Positions 49,651 through 63,372 of a DNA stretch of 64,000 nt are shown here, in pieces. The stretch's first letter is position 1; every line of letters starts with the position of its first letter. Made by a program: the position numbers and the translations under genes. Below the pieces are notes generated by a model. That model was not told the origin of the DNA. It ran no database searches and worked only from the letters and a program-made list of their open reading frames with translations. Origin of the DNA: Octopus sinensis (Eukaryota). Where the stretch lies: the NCBI RefSeq assembly GCF_006345805.1, contig NC_043006.1, positions 52,204,001 to 52,268,000 on the forward strand. The letters are read 5' to 3'.

Positions 49651-50334
49651 CAATATATACATCTAATGTTAACTGTTTTACACACACACACACACACACA
49701 GTGATTATCTTTTCAGATGATCGTCTGTTTGCGCTTTCTCGTTGTCAATGCCATTTCTGTCCAAGAACTTTCAGATGACTTTCAAGATCTGCATGGCATG
49801 AAACATGCGTGACAGGCGAAAGCAAAGAATGCGCACACCCGGTGTTTAGGATTAGGGTTACGTCGAAAACGGGTGGTGTGCGTATTCTTTACTTCCGCCA
49901 CTTTCTGTGCGCTTCGAACTGGTTAGGTCTGCATACGTTGCCACTCTTCTATAGCCATAGAACTCTCAGTAGATGGAACGACAAATGAGATCACAATAAA
50001 TAATCATCTGTGCGTAAATGTGTTATAGTGATAAACATTTGTACAACATGGCTACCACTGTCTAAGCCTTTGTGATTTCTAGCAAGTGACAGGCCGAAGC
50101 AAGATGACCTGTGATAACACGAAACTGCTGTTATTACGTCCGTATCCCCAAACTATACAGACGCTGTGATTTCCTGTGGTTTATTGCGCGCCCTGACACC
50201 TACCAATAGTATTTCTGTTCCTCGAACTCAACACATCAGTCCGTCCGTCCATGTATGTATGTGTGTGTGTGTGTGTGTGTGTGCGCGTGGATGTACCACT
50301 ATAGAAAATTAGATATCAACATAAAATACCACAA

Positions 50335-50724
50335 TCTCTATATGTATAAAGCTGAAGTTGTCTGCGTATGGCGGGTTTGGTAGCCTTCAACTAACACTAT
50401 CTCCTCCGAGACCCTGCAGCGCAAGTTGACCAAAATTAAGAGTATGATAGAAGGCTTGCTCTTTCTTCTGTAGAAGAAAAAATTCAAATCGGACCATGTT
50501 AACACCAAAAATTATTTGCATCAAAAAGGTGCTTTTTTTCTATAAAAACCCCTATTTTTTACGATTTTTTTTACTGCTGTGTCGCCATTTTTCCGTGTAT
50601 TTCAACCAGAAAAATGTTCACTTAAAGAGAATAACAAGCTACATGATACAAAATTTTTACTTTTCAAAAATTCCAATTCTAAAGGGTCGAAACAAACCCG
50701 AGCAACGCCGGGCGATACTGCTAG
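50335..50724 (+). mobile_element. Non-autonomous Helitron
   Basis: 5' A|TC..TATAT.TATAAAGCTG. 3' GC-rich hairpin CCCGAGCAACGCCGGG followed by CTAG|T. No TSD. Confidence 0.8.
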
Positions 50725-51824
50725 TGATAATTAAAAACTCATTTAAATTAAACTGCAACACTTTATTACATTTCAGTATATTGAAGTGGAACAGACTTGC
50801 ATGTTTATATTTAATTGGCTAAAATAATCTTTAAGAGCAACATATTTAGAACAAAAAGCAGAGAAGCATAAATATCTCTAATAGCTCATACCATAATTAT
50901 ACTTGTATGTACCAACGTACAAGTATAATTTCATACAACTGGTGTGTCTATACTTTTATTCTATTGTACATGTACAAGATTGATTGAAACACAAACTATC
51001 GCCATTCGACTTCTCGGCAGCTATAATATCCCTACATTTTGAATTGCTGCAAGTCAACCTAATTGATAGTTGTATACTCTTTACTCTCTTTTACTCTTTT
51101 ACTTGTTTCAGTCATTTAACTGCGGCCATGCTGGGGCACCGCCTTTAGTTGAGCAAATCGATCCCAGGACTTATTCTTTGGAAGTCTAGTACTTATTCTA
51201 TCAGTCACTTTTGCCATGAAATCCATACTGTTGATATCAGGTAGCCAAATACAGCGAAGGGCTTTAAATGGAATACTACAAGGTGTATATATATATATAT
51301 ACCCAAATTTAAAATTATTAATTGTGTGTGTATGTGTAATTATAAGTAACAAAAAGGGACTAAAAAATCCTGACAGATATCAATAAAGAACTCAGTTTTA
51401 AATGAATTTGGTTAACTGTATCAAACAGACACCAATAAATGCATAATTCCTCATGTATGACAGGTAGATCTAAATATCATTTTGAAGAATTTTGAGAAAT
51501 TCAGAGTATTAGACTACAAAAATATGGATACAGAAAATCACATCCTTAATTGTTGAATTCTCCATACGAAATCAACATTCATTTCTGTTGCATCAACATA
51601 TTTGGATACAGAAAATATGTAATTAATGTATCCTAAAATACATGTTAACACATAAATATATATAAGTGTGTATGTGTATATACATATACATATATGATAT
51701 TCAATTTCTTCATCAGTTTTCATTAGTGAACAGTTCCAATCTTTTATTCTTCAATGTGAACAAATACTAGAATTTTTAAAATGAAAACTGAATCAGTAAT
51801 TACACCTTAACACAATTCTTTTAG

Positions 51825-52031
51825 AACTCAAGAGAAAAAGAACGAAATGCTACTCTTGTTATTAATATGAATGGCAGTGAGACAAGAATCACTGACCCTA
51901 AAAATGCAGAAAGTGTTCACAAATTTAATTTTGACTACAGTTATTGGTCTCATGATGGCTTCAAAGAAGAAGAAAATGGTTATTTTTCTCCGGATCCAAG
52001 CCACCCCAACTGCAACAAATATGCTGATCAG
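51825..52031 (+). CDS. KIF28: KIF28-like coding exon 2 (NSREKERNATLVINMNGSETRITDPKNAESVHKFNFDYSYWSHDGFKEEENGYFSPDPSHPNCNKYADQ)
   Basis: 207 nt, phase 0/0. Kinesin-3 F.FDYSYWSHDGF motif. Donor CAG|gttaga. Confidence 0.9.
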
Positions 52032-52701
52032 GTTAGACTTTTAATTAATTGTTTGAATTGATTTGTTCAGTGGAATTTTGACATGTTGTTATTTTATTAT
52101 TATTAAGGTGGTGAGCTGGCAGAATCATTAGCACATTGGACAAAAGGTTTAACAACATTTTGTCTGTCTCTGTGTTCTGAGTTCAAGTTCTGCTGAGGTC
52201 AACATTGCCTCTCATTCTTTCAGGGTCAATAAAATAAGTACCAGTTGTGCATTGGGGTTGATGTAATCAACTAAATCCCTCTCAAAAATTTCAGGCCTTG
52301 TGCAGGATTATTATTATTGAAGGTGTCACACAGTATTCAACAGTGTGATGTTGTACATTGAAGATTTTGTGTGTACCAGGGGTTTGTATGATCTGTCAAG
52401 TCACAAGGACCTCAGACAGACAGAACTTTACACAGTATGCATGCAGTTCCAAGTAAAGCTGATTTTTGAGATACACCTAGATTGTAAGGTATTTCTAAAG
52501 TGTCCAGGTTGGGTGGTATTGATCCAAAACTCCAATGACAACAGGAACAGCCTTTATGTTTGACTCTTGCAGCCATCACATCTTGGCGACCTCAATTCTC
52601 AGATCTCCATATTTGTCAATCTTTCCTCTTTCTTTCACGATAATATGTTGATCTCCTGGCACTGCCATGCCAACTATTAGGCACTCTTGTTTGTCCCTCC
52701 T

Positions 52702-53472
52702 AAAGACCAAGAAGCATCATGGAGGTGGCTCAGCAAGGGCGACCTAGAAAAGAAGACTGAAAGCCTAATCATTGCTGACCAGGACAAGGCATTAAATAGC
52801 AACTCAATGAAAAATGAATATATGCACCACAAGTGCAGAATGTGTGGGAAGAAGGCTTAAACTGTGATTCACATTTTTAGTGCACGTGAAAGTCTTGTGC
52901 AGAATGAGTACAAGTCCAAACATGACAAGGTAGCCTTATACTTTCACTGGCTACTATGTCAGAAGCATGGATATGTGGTAATGGGTGCTTGGCACCAACA
53001 TATATCAGAAAAGGCAATGGACAGATCCAGGAAGGCAAAGATCCCCTGGAACTTTGACTTTCAGACAGACAAGGTGTTTCTAACTGGAACCCTCATCATT
53101 GTAACTGACAGAGTGTCAGTAAAACACTTTGTCTGTCTGAAAGTCAAAGTTCCAGGGGATCTTTGCCTTCCTGGATCTGTCCACACATATCCATGCTTCT
53201 GACATAGTAGCCAGTGAAAGTATAAGGCTACCTTGTCATGTTTGGACTTGTACTCATTCTGCACAAGACTTTCACGTCCACTAAAAATGTGAATCACGGT
53301 TTAAGCCTTCTTCCAACACATTCTGCAGAGGTTTGTTGCACTTTTGGTACATATATACATTTTTCATTGACCTGCTATTTAATGCCTTGTCCTGGTCAGC
53401 AATGATTAGGCTTTCAGTTTTCTTTTTAAGGTCACCCTTGCTGAGCCACCTCCGTGATGCTTCTTGGTCTTT
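52702..53472. mobile_element. Inverted pair of R4/Dong-type LINE fragments (arms 52702-53076 / 53125-53472)
   Basis: Both arms encode SWRWLSKGDL.K.TESLIIADQDKAL...HIFS..ESLVQNEYKSKHDKVALYFHWLLCQKHG in opposite orientations. Confidence 0.85.
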
Positions 53473-53595
53473 TAAGTTATTAGTTTCACAGTGAAAGTGA
53501 CCATGTAATTCCATGAGGAGCAGAATTTATTATTAATATTATCATTTTTATTGTTATTATTATTATTATTATTATTACTGTTGTTGTTGTTGTTG

Positions 53596-53667
<72 letters not shown>

Positions 53668-54163
53668 GGATAATTCTTTATTAGTGCTTTCGTTTGTTTA
53701 ACTGAACTCTTCAAGACAAAGATTAAAACCAAAATTTTTGTCTTGAAGAGTTCAGCTGAATGAACAAAAGCGCTAATAAAGAATTATCCAAAATTCTGAC
53801 TGCTCCCTTTTTCTCAATATACAATATCTGTACACTACTTCAAACACTACATACATATATACATATGTACGTACATACATACGTACATACATACATGCAT
53901 ACATTTATACATATGTATGTACATACATACGTACGAACGTACATACATACATACATACATACATGATGATGTCTGTCCACTCGTGACCGAGGAAGACCAT
54001 TGCCAACCTTCAGGAACATTGTGCGCTCTAGGACTAACTTATATTTTGCATTTGCGGCTCCGTTGGTGGCTAATGAGCCCTGCTCTTGACAAGCATACAC
54101 GACTGCAAACATTGCAGACCAAGCTTTCCCCATTCATACATACATACATACAAGCTTTCCCCA

Positions 54164-54194
<31 letters not shown>

Positions 54195-54567
54195 GAATAG
54201 TTTGTGTATTTCTTTTAGAGATGTATTTTTGCCTACTAGAATCAAAACACTGAGTAGGAGTTGTTTCACTTACTGATGATCTTTAACAATAACAGCTGAT
54301 CTATTTGTAGTAATCTCACTGCCTGCATGGATATGCATACAGAATATGGTTACTTTGTTGTTTTCTGAGACAGTTTGTGGTGATAGTTTCAACCAGTTCT
54401 TTTCAGATGGCAATGTATGAAAGATTTAACTATGATATAACCTTTCTAAATATTCCCATTTTTAAAAGCTAACCAAACTAATTTGTATAATAGTTTCTTC
54501 ACAATCTCCCCATATCATATAGTCATATAAAACATAGTTTTATATAAAGCATTATATTTTTATATAA

Positions 54568-54895
54568 AGGTGTGTGGTTAAGTGGTTAGGGCATTTGGCT
54601 CAAGATCATAAGGTTGCGTGTTCGATACCTGGTGAGACACTGTGTCCTTGAGCAAGGCACTTTATTTCACATTGCTCCAGTCCACTCAGCTGGCAAAAAT
54701 GAGTTGTACCTATAATTCAAAGGCCTAGACTTATCGCATTTTGTATCATGCTGAATCTTCCTGAGAACTACCTTAAAGGTAAGCATATCTGTGGAGTAAT
54801 CAGCCACATGCATGTTAATTTCATGAGTAGGCTGTTCACAAGCAGAGTGTCCAACTGGAACCCTCATCATTGTAACTGACAGAGTGTCAGTAAAA
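54568..54895 (+). mobile_element. tRNA-derived SINE, family E
   Basis: A/B-box-like head (tggttaagtggttaggg...gtgttcgatacc), then the tgtgtccttgagcaaggcact...ccactcagctg central block. Confidence 0.6.
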
Positions 54896-56376
54896 TATCT
54901 TTTATATGTTTTGATAGATTCTGATGTGAAGGCTTTGGTCTTCAGATGCATTAAAAAAAACAAACAACCCTTTAGTTCCAGCTTTGAGTCTTGTGATTCT
55001 CATTCAATACTGTTTCCTCAATCTACTTTCAGTTCACTCAGTCTAGTTAAGTATTGGCTCTCTCTCTCTCTCTCTCTTACTCTTTTACTTGTTTCAGTCA
55101 TTTGACTGTGGCCATGCTGGAGCACCACTTTTTTACATATTCTTTGTAAGCCTAGCACTTATTCTATCAGTCTCTTTTGCCGAACCGCTAAGTGACGTAA
55201 ACACACTAGCATTAGTTGTCAAACGATGTTGGGGGGGGGGACAAACACAGACATACAAACATATACACACACACACACACATATATACATATATATGACA
55301 GGCTTCTTTCAGTTTACATCTACCAAATCCACTCACAAGGCTTTGGTTGGCCTGAGGCTATAGTAGAAAACACTTGCCCAAAGTGCCACACAGTGGGACT
55401 GAACCCAGGACCATGTGGTTGGTAAGCAAGCTACTTACCACACAGCCACTCCTACACCTGTATACCAGCTTTTCCTACCAAATTCTTAATATGAAATTTT
55501 TCAACCCATTTTCATGTTTAACTTTTAGTTTTTTTGTTTTTTTAATTGTCTTGTTTTTCCATCTTCTTCACATCCATTTATTACTTCAGCCTCTATCTTA
55601 TAATTGTTGGATTCATTGAAGAGAGGAAACAGTGTCATAATAATTTAAATAACATTATTTTTATTGTGTATTTTCATTGCACAGCCAAGTGCAGTTCTGT
55701 ATGACTCAGTGTTTTGCTTTATTTATGAGTTTTACACTGAACTAGAACCTTTCCCAAAGTAATGAAAAACCTTCATGCCAAATTTGGTACAGACTGATCC
55801 AGCAGTTTGGCCATGCATAGAGGTGACACACGCACACTCACAGTGAATTCTATATATTAAGACTTTTCTATGTAATGTACATACTGCTTTATATTTATTT
55901 CTTTATTGCCCACAGAGGGCTAAACATAGAGGGGACAAACAAGGACAGACAAAGGGATTAAGTCGATTACATTGACCTCAGTGCGTAACTGGTACTTATT
56001 TATTTGATCCTGAAAGGATGAAAGGCAAAGTCAACCTCGGCGGAATTGAACATAACAGCAAACGAAATACCACTAAACATTTCACCTGGGGTGCTAACGA
56101 TTCTGCCAGCTCCCCACCCTTTATACTTCCTAATATTGCTGTTCTGTTAAGAGTACTATAGTAATATATGAGTACTATGTACCATGCTATGTGGTGCAAT
56201 GTTCTGTATGTTGTTTGTCTGTCTCTGTCTCTCTCTCTCCATATCTATCTGTAAATGAAATTATGACGCTTTTCTGATGAAAATTCTAATTTTATATAAT
56301 TATTTCTATTAGAAAGTGAATGCTCTTTTATTAGCTTTTACAACAAGATATTCTATATATTCTTTTCTGGTTTCAG

Positions 56377-56509
56377 AAAAAAATTTTTGATGATCTTGGT
56401 CTTGGAATCCTTCATAATGCTTGGGAAGGATATAATTCAACAATGTTTGCTTATGGACAAACTGGGTCCGGCAAAAGTTGGTCGATTGTTGGGTATGGAA
56501 ATAATAAAG
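56377..56509 (+). CDS. KIF28: KIF28-like coding exon 3 containing the P-loop (KKIFDDLGLGILHNAWEGYNSTMFAYGQTGSGKSWSIVGYGNNK)
   Basis: Acceptor tttcag, donor G|gtaagt, 133 nt (phase 0 to 1). GYN..FAYGQTGSGKS Walker A; the GYG.NKGI context fits KIF28/KLP-6. Confidence 0.92.
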
Positions 56510-56794
56510 GTAAGTACTATAACACACACTGTCATATGATAAAACACTAGTTCAACTAGCAGAAAGGTGTTCCTGAGTTATTAAAATTGATCCACCATTA
56601 GCTTCTAATTTGCAAAGAATATAAAATTAGAAGAAAGGAGTGGCTGTTTAGTAAGTAGCTTGCTCATCACCCACATGGTTCCGGGTTCAGTCCCACTGCA
56701 TGGTACCTTGGCCAAGTGTCTTCTAATATAGCCTCAGGCCGACCAAACCCTTGTGAGTGGATTTGGTAGACGGAAACTGAAAGAAGCCCTTCGT

Positions 56795-56854
<60 letters not shown>

Positions 56855-57981
56855 GATGGGCTTCTTGTTTGTGTGTCTGTGTTTGTCCCCCTAACATCGC
56901 TTGACAATCGATGCTGGTGTGTTTACACCCCTGTCACTTAGCAGTTTGGCAAGAGGGACTGATAGAATAAGTACTAGGCTTACAAAGAATAAGTCCTGGG
57001 GTCAATTTGCTTGACTAAAGAAAAAAGAAAAGAAAAAATGCTGTATTAATAATAATATTGGTATGGACCTTGTGGTTGGGATCATCTGAACCTGACAACC
57101 CCATTTCATGCTACAGAATGTAACCCTTGCAGTAGTATGTCTACAAAACAAGAGAGGATGATCAACTTGAGAATGATTTTGATCAAAGGCCTAGTGGATC
57201 AGAGCTAACTTTGATGAATGACATATTTTAGATTCACTACATGAAAAGTGCAACATAATTAAGTAGTATCTTACTAGTATGACTTACTAAACTCGATGTT
57301 GTTTTATTACTGGGCTTCAGACACATAAGGTCTATAAAAGTCAGAAAGCAAGAATGGGTGTTAAAAATTCTAAGACAACTTTTATAGAAGAATACAATAA
57401 TTTCAACATTATTTGAACCAATTTTTATTATTACTCCTATGAAGACAGTGGAATGATAGAATTGCTAGAGCATAAGAAAAATGCCTGATGGCATTTAGTT
57501 CCAGCTCTTTTTGTTCTGATTCCAAATTCCATCAAGGCCAGCTTTAGTTTTCATTCTTCTGGGTCAACAAAATAAAGTACTAGTCAATACAATCAACTAG
57601 CCCCTTAACTCCAAATTGCTAGCTTTGTGCCTATATTAGAAACGGTTATTATTTATTACTTCTAGGGTGGTAGATTGGTAGAATTTTTAGAGCATTGGAT
57701 AAAATGCTTTGTGGCATTTCTTCTGGTTCTTTATATTCTGAGTTCAAATCTCACCAAGGATGACTTTGCCTTTCATCCCTTGGGAGATAACTATAAAGTA
57801 GTAGTCAAGTATAGGGATTGATGTAATCAACCAACCCCTCTCCACAAATTACTGGTCTTGTGCCTACATTAGAAAAGGTTATTGCTCTTACATTTACAAC
57901 TTATGATACATTGTGTTTGTTTGTGTCAGCAATCTAAACATCAAGGATCTGCTGTTCTTAAGAATGAAATTGAATTAGTAA

Positions 57982-58416
57982 TCTATACATATAAAGCTGA
58001 AGTTGTCTGTGTGTGTGTGGCAGGCTTGGTAGCCTTCAACTAACACTATCTCCTTCGAGACCCTGCAGCGCAAGTTGACCAAAATTGAGAGTATGATAGA
58101 TAAAGGCTTGCTCTTTATTCCGTAGAAGAAAAAAATTCAAATTGGACCATGTTAAGTCCAAAAATTATTTACATCAAAAAGGTGCTTTTTTTCTATGAAA
58201 ATCCCTATTTTTTACGATTTTTTGACTGCTGTGTCGCCATTTTTCAGTGTATTTCAACTAGAAAAATGATCACTTAAAGAGAATAACAAGCTACATAATT
58301 TTCACTTTTCAAAAAAGATTGAAACTATGTCAAAACTTTGTTAACACGACATCAAAGTCTACCGTTTTAAGCGCAACTAAAAAACAAACCCGAGCATCGC
58401 CGGGCTATACTGCTAG
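57982..58416 (+). mobile_element. Second copy of the non-autonomous Helitron
   Basis: A|TCTATACATATAAAGCTG ... CCCGAGCATCGCCGGG..CTAG|T. Body matches 50335-50724. Confidence 0.8.
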
Positions 58417-58483
58417 TAATTAATATTTACAATTTGTGTCAGTAACTATACTACTATTGGTTTGATGGTAATTTCATTTCTAG

Positions 58484-58566
58484 GTATTGTGCCACAGTTC
58501 TGTGAGAAACTGTTCGAAGAGATTGAAGAGAAGAAACAAGATCCAAATAATGCAACTGATTATCAG
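58484..58566 (+). CDS. KIF28: KIF28-like coding exon 4 (GIVPQFCEKLFEEIEEKKQDPNNATDYQ)
   Basis: Acceptor ttctag, 83 nt (phase 1 to 0), donor CAG|gtaaaa. Completes the NKG|IVP..CE.LF..I helix after the P-loop. Confidence 0.9.
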
Positions 58567-61104
58567 GTAAAAATCACATTATTTTGTATACAATTTATAT
58601 ACTGCTGTTGTACCCAATATACCCCATCTTATTATGTCTTGTTTTAATTTGTTACAAATGAAAATATTGGATAACTGGTTAAGCTATATTTTGATCTACA
58701 GCCAGATCAGAGCAGAAGTGGCAACAAAGGAGGAACCTTTTATGTGACCATTTAATCTGCAAGAAATAGCTGCTAAATCTCCCTCATATCTCATCCTACC
58801 ATTTCATAGTTAGAGAATGTAGTGGATGTCAATGAAAACTGACATGAAGAAAGAAATGGCTAATGATATGCAAGGATGATGTAGGGTTAATGAATATAGA
58901 CAGATCTGATAGCATCCTTCATTAGACAGGCACAATGACAAAGAAAAAGAGTGATCTCAATCATCATCATTGTTTAATGTCCACTTTCCATGCTAGCATG
59001 GGTTGGACGATTTGACTGAGGGCTGGCGAACCAGATGGCTGCACCAAGCTCCAATCTTGATCTGGCAGAGTTTCTACAGCTGGATGCCCTTCCTAATGCC
59101 AACCACTCCGAGAGTGTAGTGGGTGCTTTTATGTGCCACCAGCATGGGAGCCAGCCAGGCGGTACTGGCAACAACCTCGCTCGAATCTTTCTACACATGC
59201 CACCGGCACAGGTGCCAGTAAGGCGATGCTGGTAACGATCACACTTGAATGGTGCTTTTTACATGCCACTGGCATGGAAACCAGTTAGCCGCTCTGGCAA
59301 TGATCAAGCTTGGATGGTGCTCTTAGCACCCTACTAGCATGGGGCTCAAGTGCCAGTAAGGCGATGCTGGTAATGATCACACTCGAATGGTGCCTTTTAC
59401 GTGCTACCGGCATGGAAGCCAGTTAGCCGCTCTATCAACGATCACACTCGTATGGTGCTCTTTGCATCCCGCTAGCACAGATGCCAGTCATTGAATTTGA
59501 TTTTGGGTGGGCATATCTCCCCTAGTACCTGTCACCACAGTTTTTTGTCATCTGTTTTGTGAGGTTCTGCTTTTTGGGATTAGTCGACACAACTTTGTCT
59601 CATATCTTACTAGGTTTCCCTCTGCAGCAGGTTCCATCTATTTCAATTGCGCTGGCACCAAACGTTCTCTATATGCATCAAGTGCCCACACCAGTGCTGT
59701 TTCCCTCTTGCACACAACATCTGATTCCTCTTTATCCAGTTTCTCTCATTTCATCTGTCTTCTACTGATCAGGCACGCTAACTTACACATCCCCAGGAAT
59801 GTGGTTGCTTTATGTTTCTCATTCTTCTATATTTAAGACCTACATTTCACCACCATGCAAGACCACACTTTGAGTAAAAGTGTAACACATAGGCGCAGGA
59901 GTGGCTGTGTGGTAAGTAGCTTGCTTACCAACCACATGGTTCGGGGTTCAGTCCCACTGTGTGGCACCTTGGGCAAGTGTCTTCTGCTATAGCCTTGGGC
60001 CGACCAAAGCCTTGTGAGTGGAAACTGAAAGAAGCCCATCATATATATGTATATATATATATATGTGTATGTGTGTGCGTGTTTGTGTGTCTGTGTTTGT
60101 CACCCCAACATCGTTTGACAACCGATGCTGGTGTGTTTACGTCCCCATAACTTAGCGGTTCGGCAAAAGAGATCGATAGAATAAATACTAGGCTTACAAA
60201 GAATAAGTCCCAGGGTTGATTTGGTCGACTAAAGGCAGTGCTCCAGTATGGCCACAGTCAAATGACTGAAACAAGTAAAAGACTAAAAGACAACTTAATG
60301 AAAATACCATATCTATCTCTTCGCAGCCCCTACTAAATGAGAACAACCACTCAGTTCCACAACAAGAACCTGGTCTGCCCTGCCATTTCTCTCATACTTT
60401 AATCCTTCATCCCCTGGCATAAAGCCAACCACTCACTTAAAGATCGTAGTCTTGCAAGCTGCATGGTAACCTCAATACTGCTGGCAGTACAAAAAAAAAG
60501 CATACAGTACACACTGTAAAGTGGTTGGTATTAGGAAGGGCATCCACTTGCAGAAACCCTGCCATATCAGACATTAGTGTATGATGCACACCTTGGATTC
60601 ATGAGATTCTGTCAAACCATCTGACCCATGCCAGCTTGGAACGTGGATATTACATGATGATGATGAGGAGGATGATGATTAACTGACTCTTTGTCCATAG
60701 ACTGAACAAGGTGGGAAATGGAAATAGATTCAAATGGAAAGGATTCTTCAACATAAATGAAATTATTTCAAATAATTCGTTTAAAAGCATTTTCTCAAAA
60801 TATTTTATTTTACAGAAAGCTAAAAAAGGACAATAAATAAATAGATTTTTCCAGTTTGAACTACTTTGGATTTTATAGAAAATATCTGGATATATAGGAA
60901 CAGGCATGGCTATGTGGTTAGAAGCTCATTTTGCTGCAATGTGGTACTGTATTACACCTTGGACAAATGTCTGCTACTATTGTACCAGGCTGACTAATGT
61001 CTTGAGGCTGCAGCATTTCTTACGTCTTTACATTCTGAGTTCAAAAGATGTTGCCTTTCATCTTTTTGGGGACCGATGAAATAAGTTCCTATCAAATGTA
61101 TGTA

Positions 61105-61136
<32 letters not shown>

Positions 61137-63372
61137 CATGTATGTATGTATTCTCATGCATATAGTTGCATATCTAGACTAGTCCCTTACCACCAAATTT
61201 CAGGCCTTATGCCTATAAAAGAAAAGATTAGTTTTTCCATAAGACGGCGAGCTGGTAGAATCGTTAGAACACCAGACGAAATACTTAGCAGCTTTCCTCA
61301 CGTCTTTACATCCTGAGTTCAAATTATACCGAGGTCACTTTGTCTGTCATCCTTTCGAGATCGATAAAATAAGTGCCATTTGAGCACTAGGGTTCAATGT
61401 AATCGACTAGCTCCCTACCCCAAAATTTCAGGCCTTGTGCTTATAGTTGAAAAAATGATTAATTTCTTCGAAAAGGTAGCAAGCTAGCAGACCCGTTAGT
61501 ACGCCGGCATTTCGTCCGTCTTTATATGCTGAGTTCAAATTCCACAGAGGCCGACTTAGTCTTTCATCCTTTCGAGGCCGATAAAATAAGTACCAGTCAA
61601 ATATTGAGGTTGATGTAATTAACTTACTCATTCCCTCAAAAACTGCTCGTCTCGTGCCAAAATTTGAAAACTTAATTAATATTTTAGAGGCGGCGAAGTG
61701 GCAGAATCGTTAGCATGTCGGACAAAATGCTTGAGTTCAAATCCCTGCCGAGGTTGACTTTATCTTTCATCCTTTCAAAGTTGATAAAATAAGTCCCTGT
61801 AGAACACTGTAATCAAGTAGACCTTCCACAAAATTCCAGAGCCGGTACCTATAGCAAAAAGAATGATCAGTTTCTCAATGAAAAAAAAATGGTTGTGTTT
61901 TTCAGAAATGCCATACAAACTAGATTTGTGTAGAATTTTTTCAATAAACTCAAAAGATGTAATTCAGATGGAAAAGATTCAAATTAAAGGATGTTATCGG
62001 TTTAAACGTGAAATTAATAATTTTTTTTCTTTTATTGAAGAAATACAGAAAAAGTCTGGTAATCGCCATTTGTCCGTAAATGTCCGGCAGGCGACGATCC
62101 ATTTTGTTGGAAACCAGATTGTTTGTGTTGTGTCGTCAGTATTCTGTCTTCGAATATGTCTGCCACATCTCGTATATTCTTTACTTAAGAATGACACAAA
62201 CATCGGTACAAACATTTATTTCTCGTCTACAAACTCAAGATTTTAATATTCCATTGTACTGTTTACTCTTTGTATGGCCAACATGGACACATTATAGTGT
62301 CTGATGATGTTTGTTTTTCTAACAATTCTTAGCATTAATCGTTAATTGTTGCTACTGGACAAAAACCTAAACCTCACCAAACAGTTACAGGAAACAAATT
62401 TAAGGATAACCGAGCAATTTTTAGATATTTTCATTACGGAACATTTTTTATGAAGTGAAATACCGATTTTTGCTTTTGTACTAAGTCTATGTTTTCAATT
62501 ACCTACGTACATACAATGTCCTGTGTGTTTTTTTCTTTAAAAAGGTTGTCAAATGAATAAGTTACGTCTTGTTAGAGATAACATTATCCACCGACCTATG
62601 ATCAAAGATGGGTCAACCATTACCATGCTGTCTTTTATGGAGAATTAGTTTATCTAGGAATACACTATCTAGTATGATCCTGTCCTTTCCTTTTACGATG
62701 TAATTTGAGGAAGATTTGGTTGCTATCTCTTAGGTCACTCGTCGCACTATTCGGTCAGATCGTTGACTACCCGACTGCTAGTGATTGTTTACCTACATGA
62801 AGTAGCAACGAAATCTTCCTCAAATCGTACCGCAATGTTCCTTATTATTTTCTTCATAACGTGACGGACATCAAATAAAAAGTTACTCGAGTACTTTGCA
62901 TGAGTTGTTACACTATTTTCAAGTTAAAAATTTTGAAAAACAGATAGAAAACTATCACCTACCTTGTTGTATTAATCATTTGTGTATAGGATAATTATGA
63001 ATAATACATTTTTATTTTATGCTCAAGCATTAGCATGGATTAAATTATACTTTTCTTTTTAATCTGCCGCACAACGGGATAGTCCTTGTTATACATTGCT
63101 TGTGAACCACTGCTCATCGTCTTAAAAATGAAGAATACATCTAGAATAGATAGTATAATGGTCGATAATGCTGGGATGCCTTTGATCATAGGTTACATGC
63201 ACAGTGCAAAATGACTAGAAACTTAACAACCACGTCGTTGATGTATGATAAAGTAACTTTGATACACACATACACGCATACATACATACATACATAATTA
63301 CATACATACATAGTTTGCATGTATGCAAACTATATGTATGTATGTACGTACGTATGGAAGGCAGCTACTTGA

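Noticed and set aside
63295-63345. Small hairpin ATAGTTTGCAT-gt-ATGCAAACTAT within inverted (TACA)n/(TATG)n
   Set aside because: 11-bp arms in low-complexity context, most simply microsatellite slippage at a LINE truncation point.
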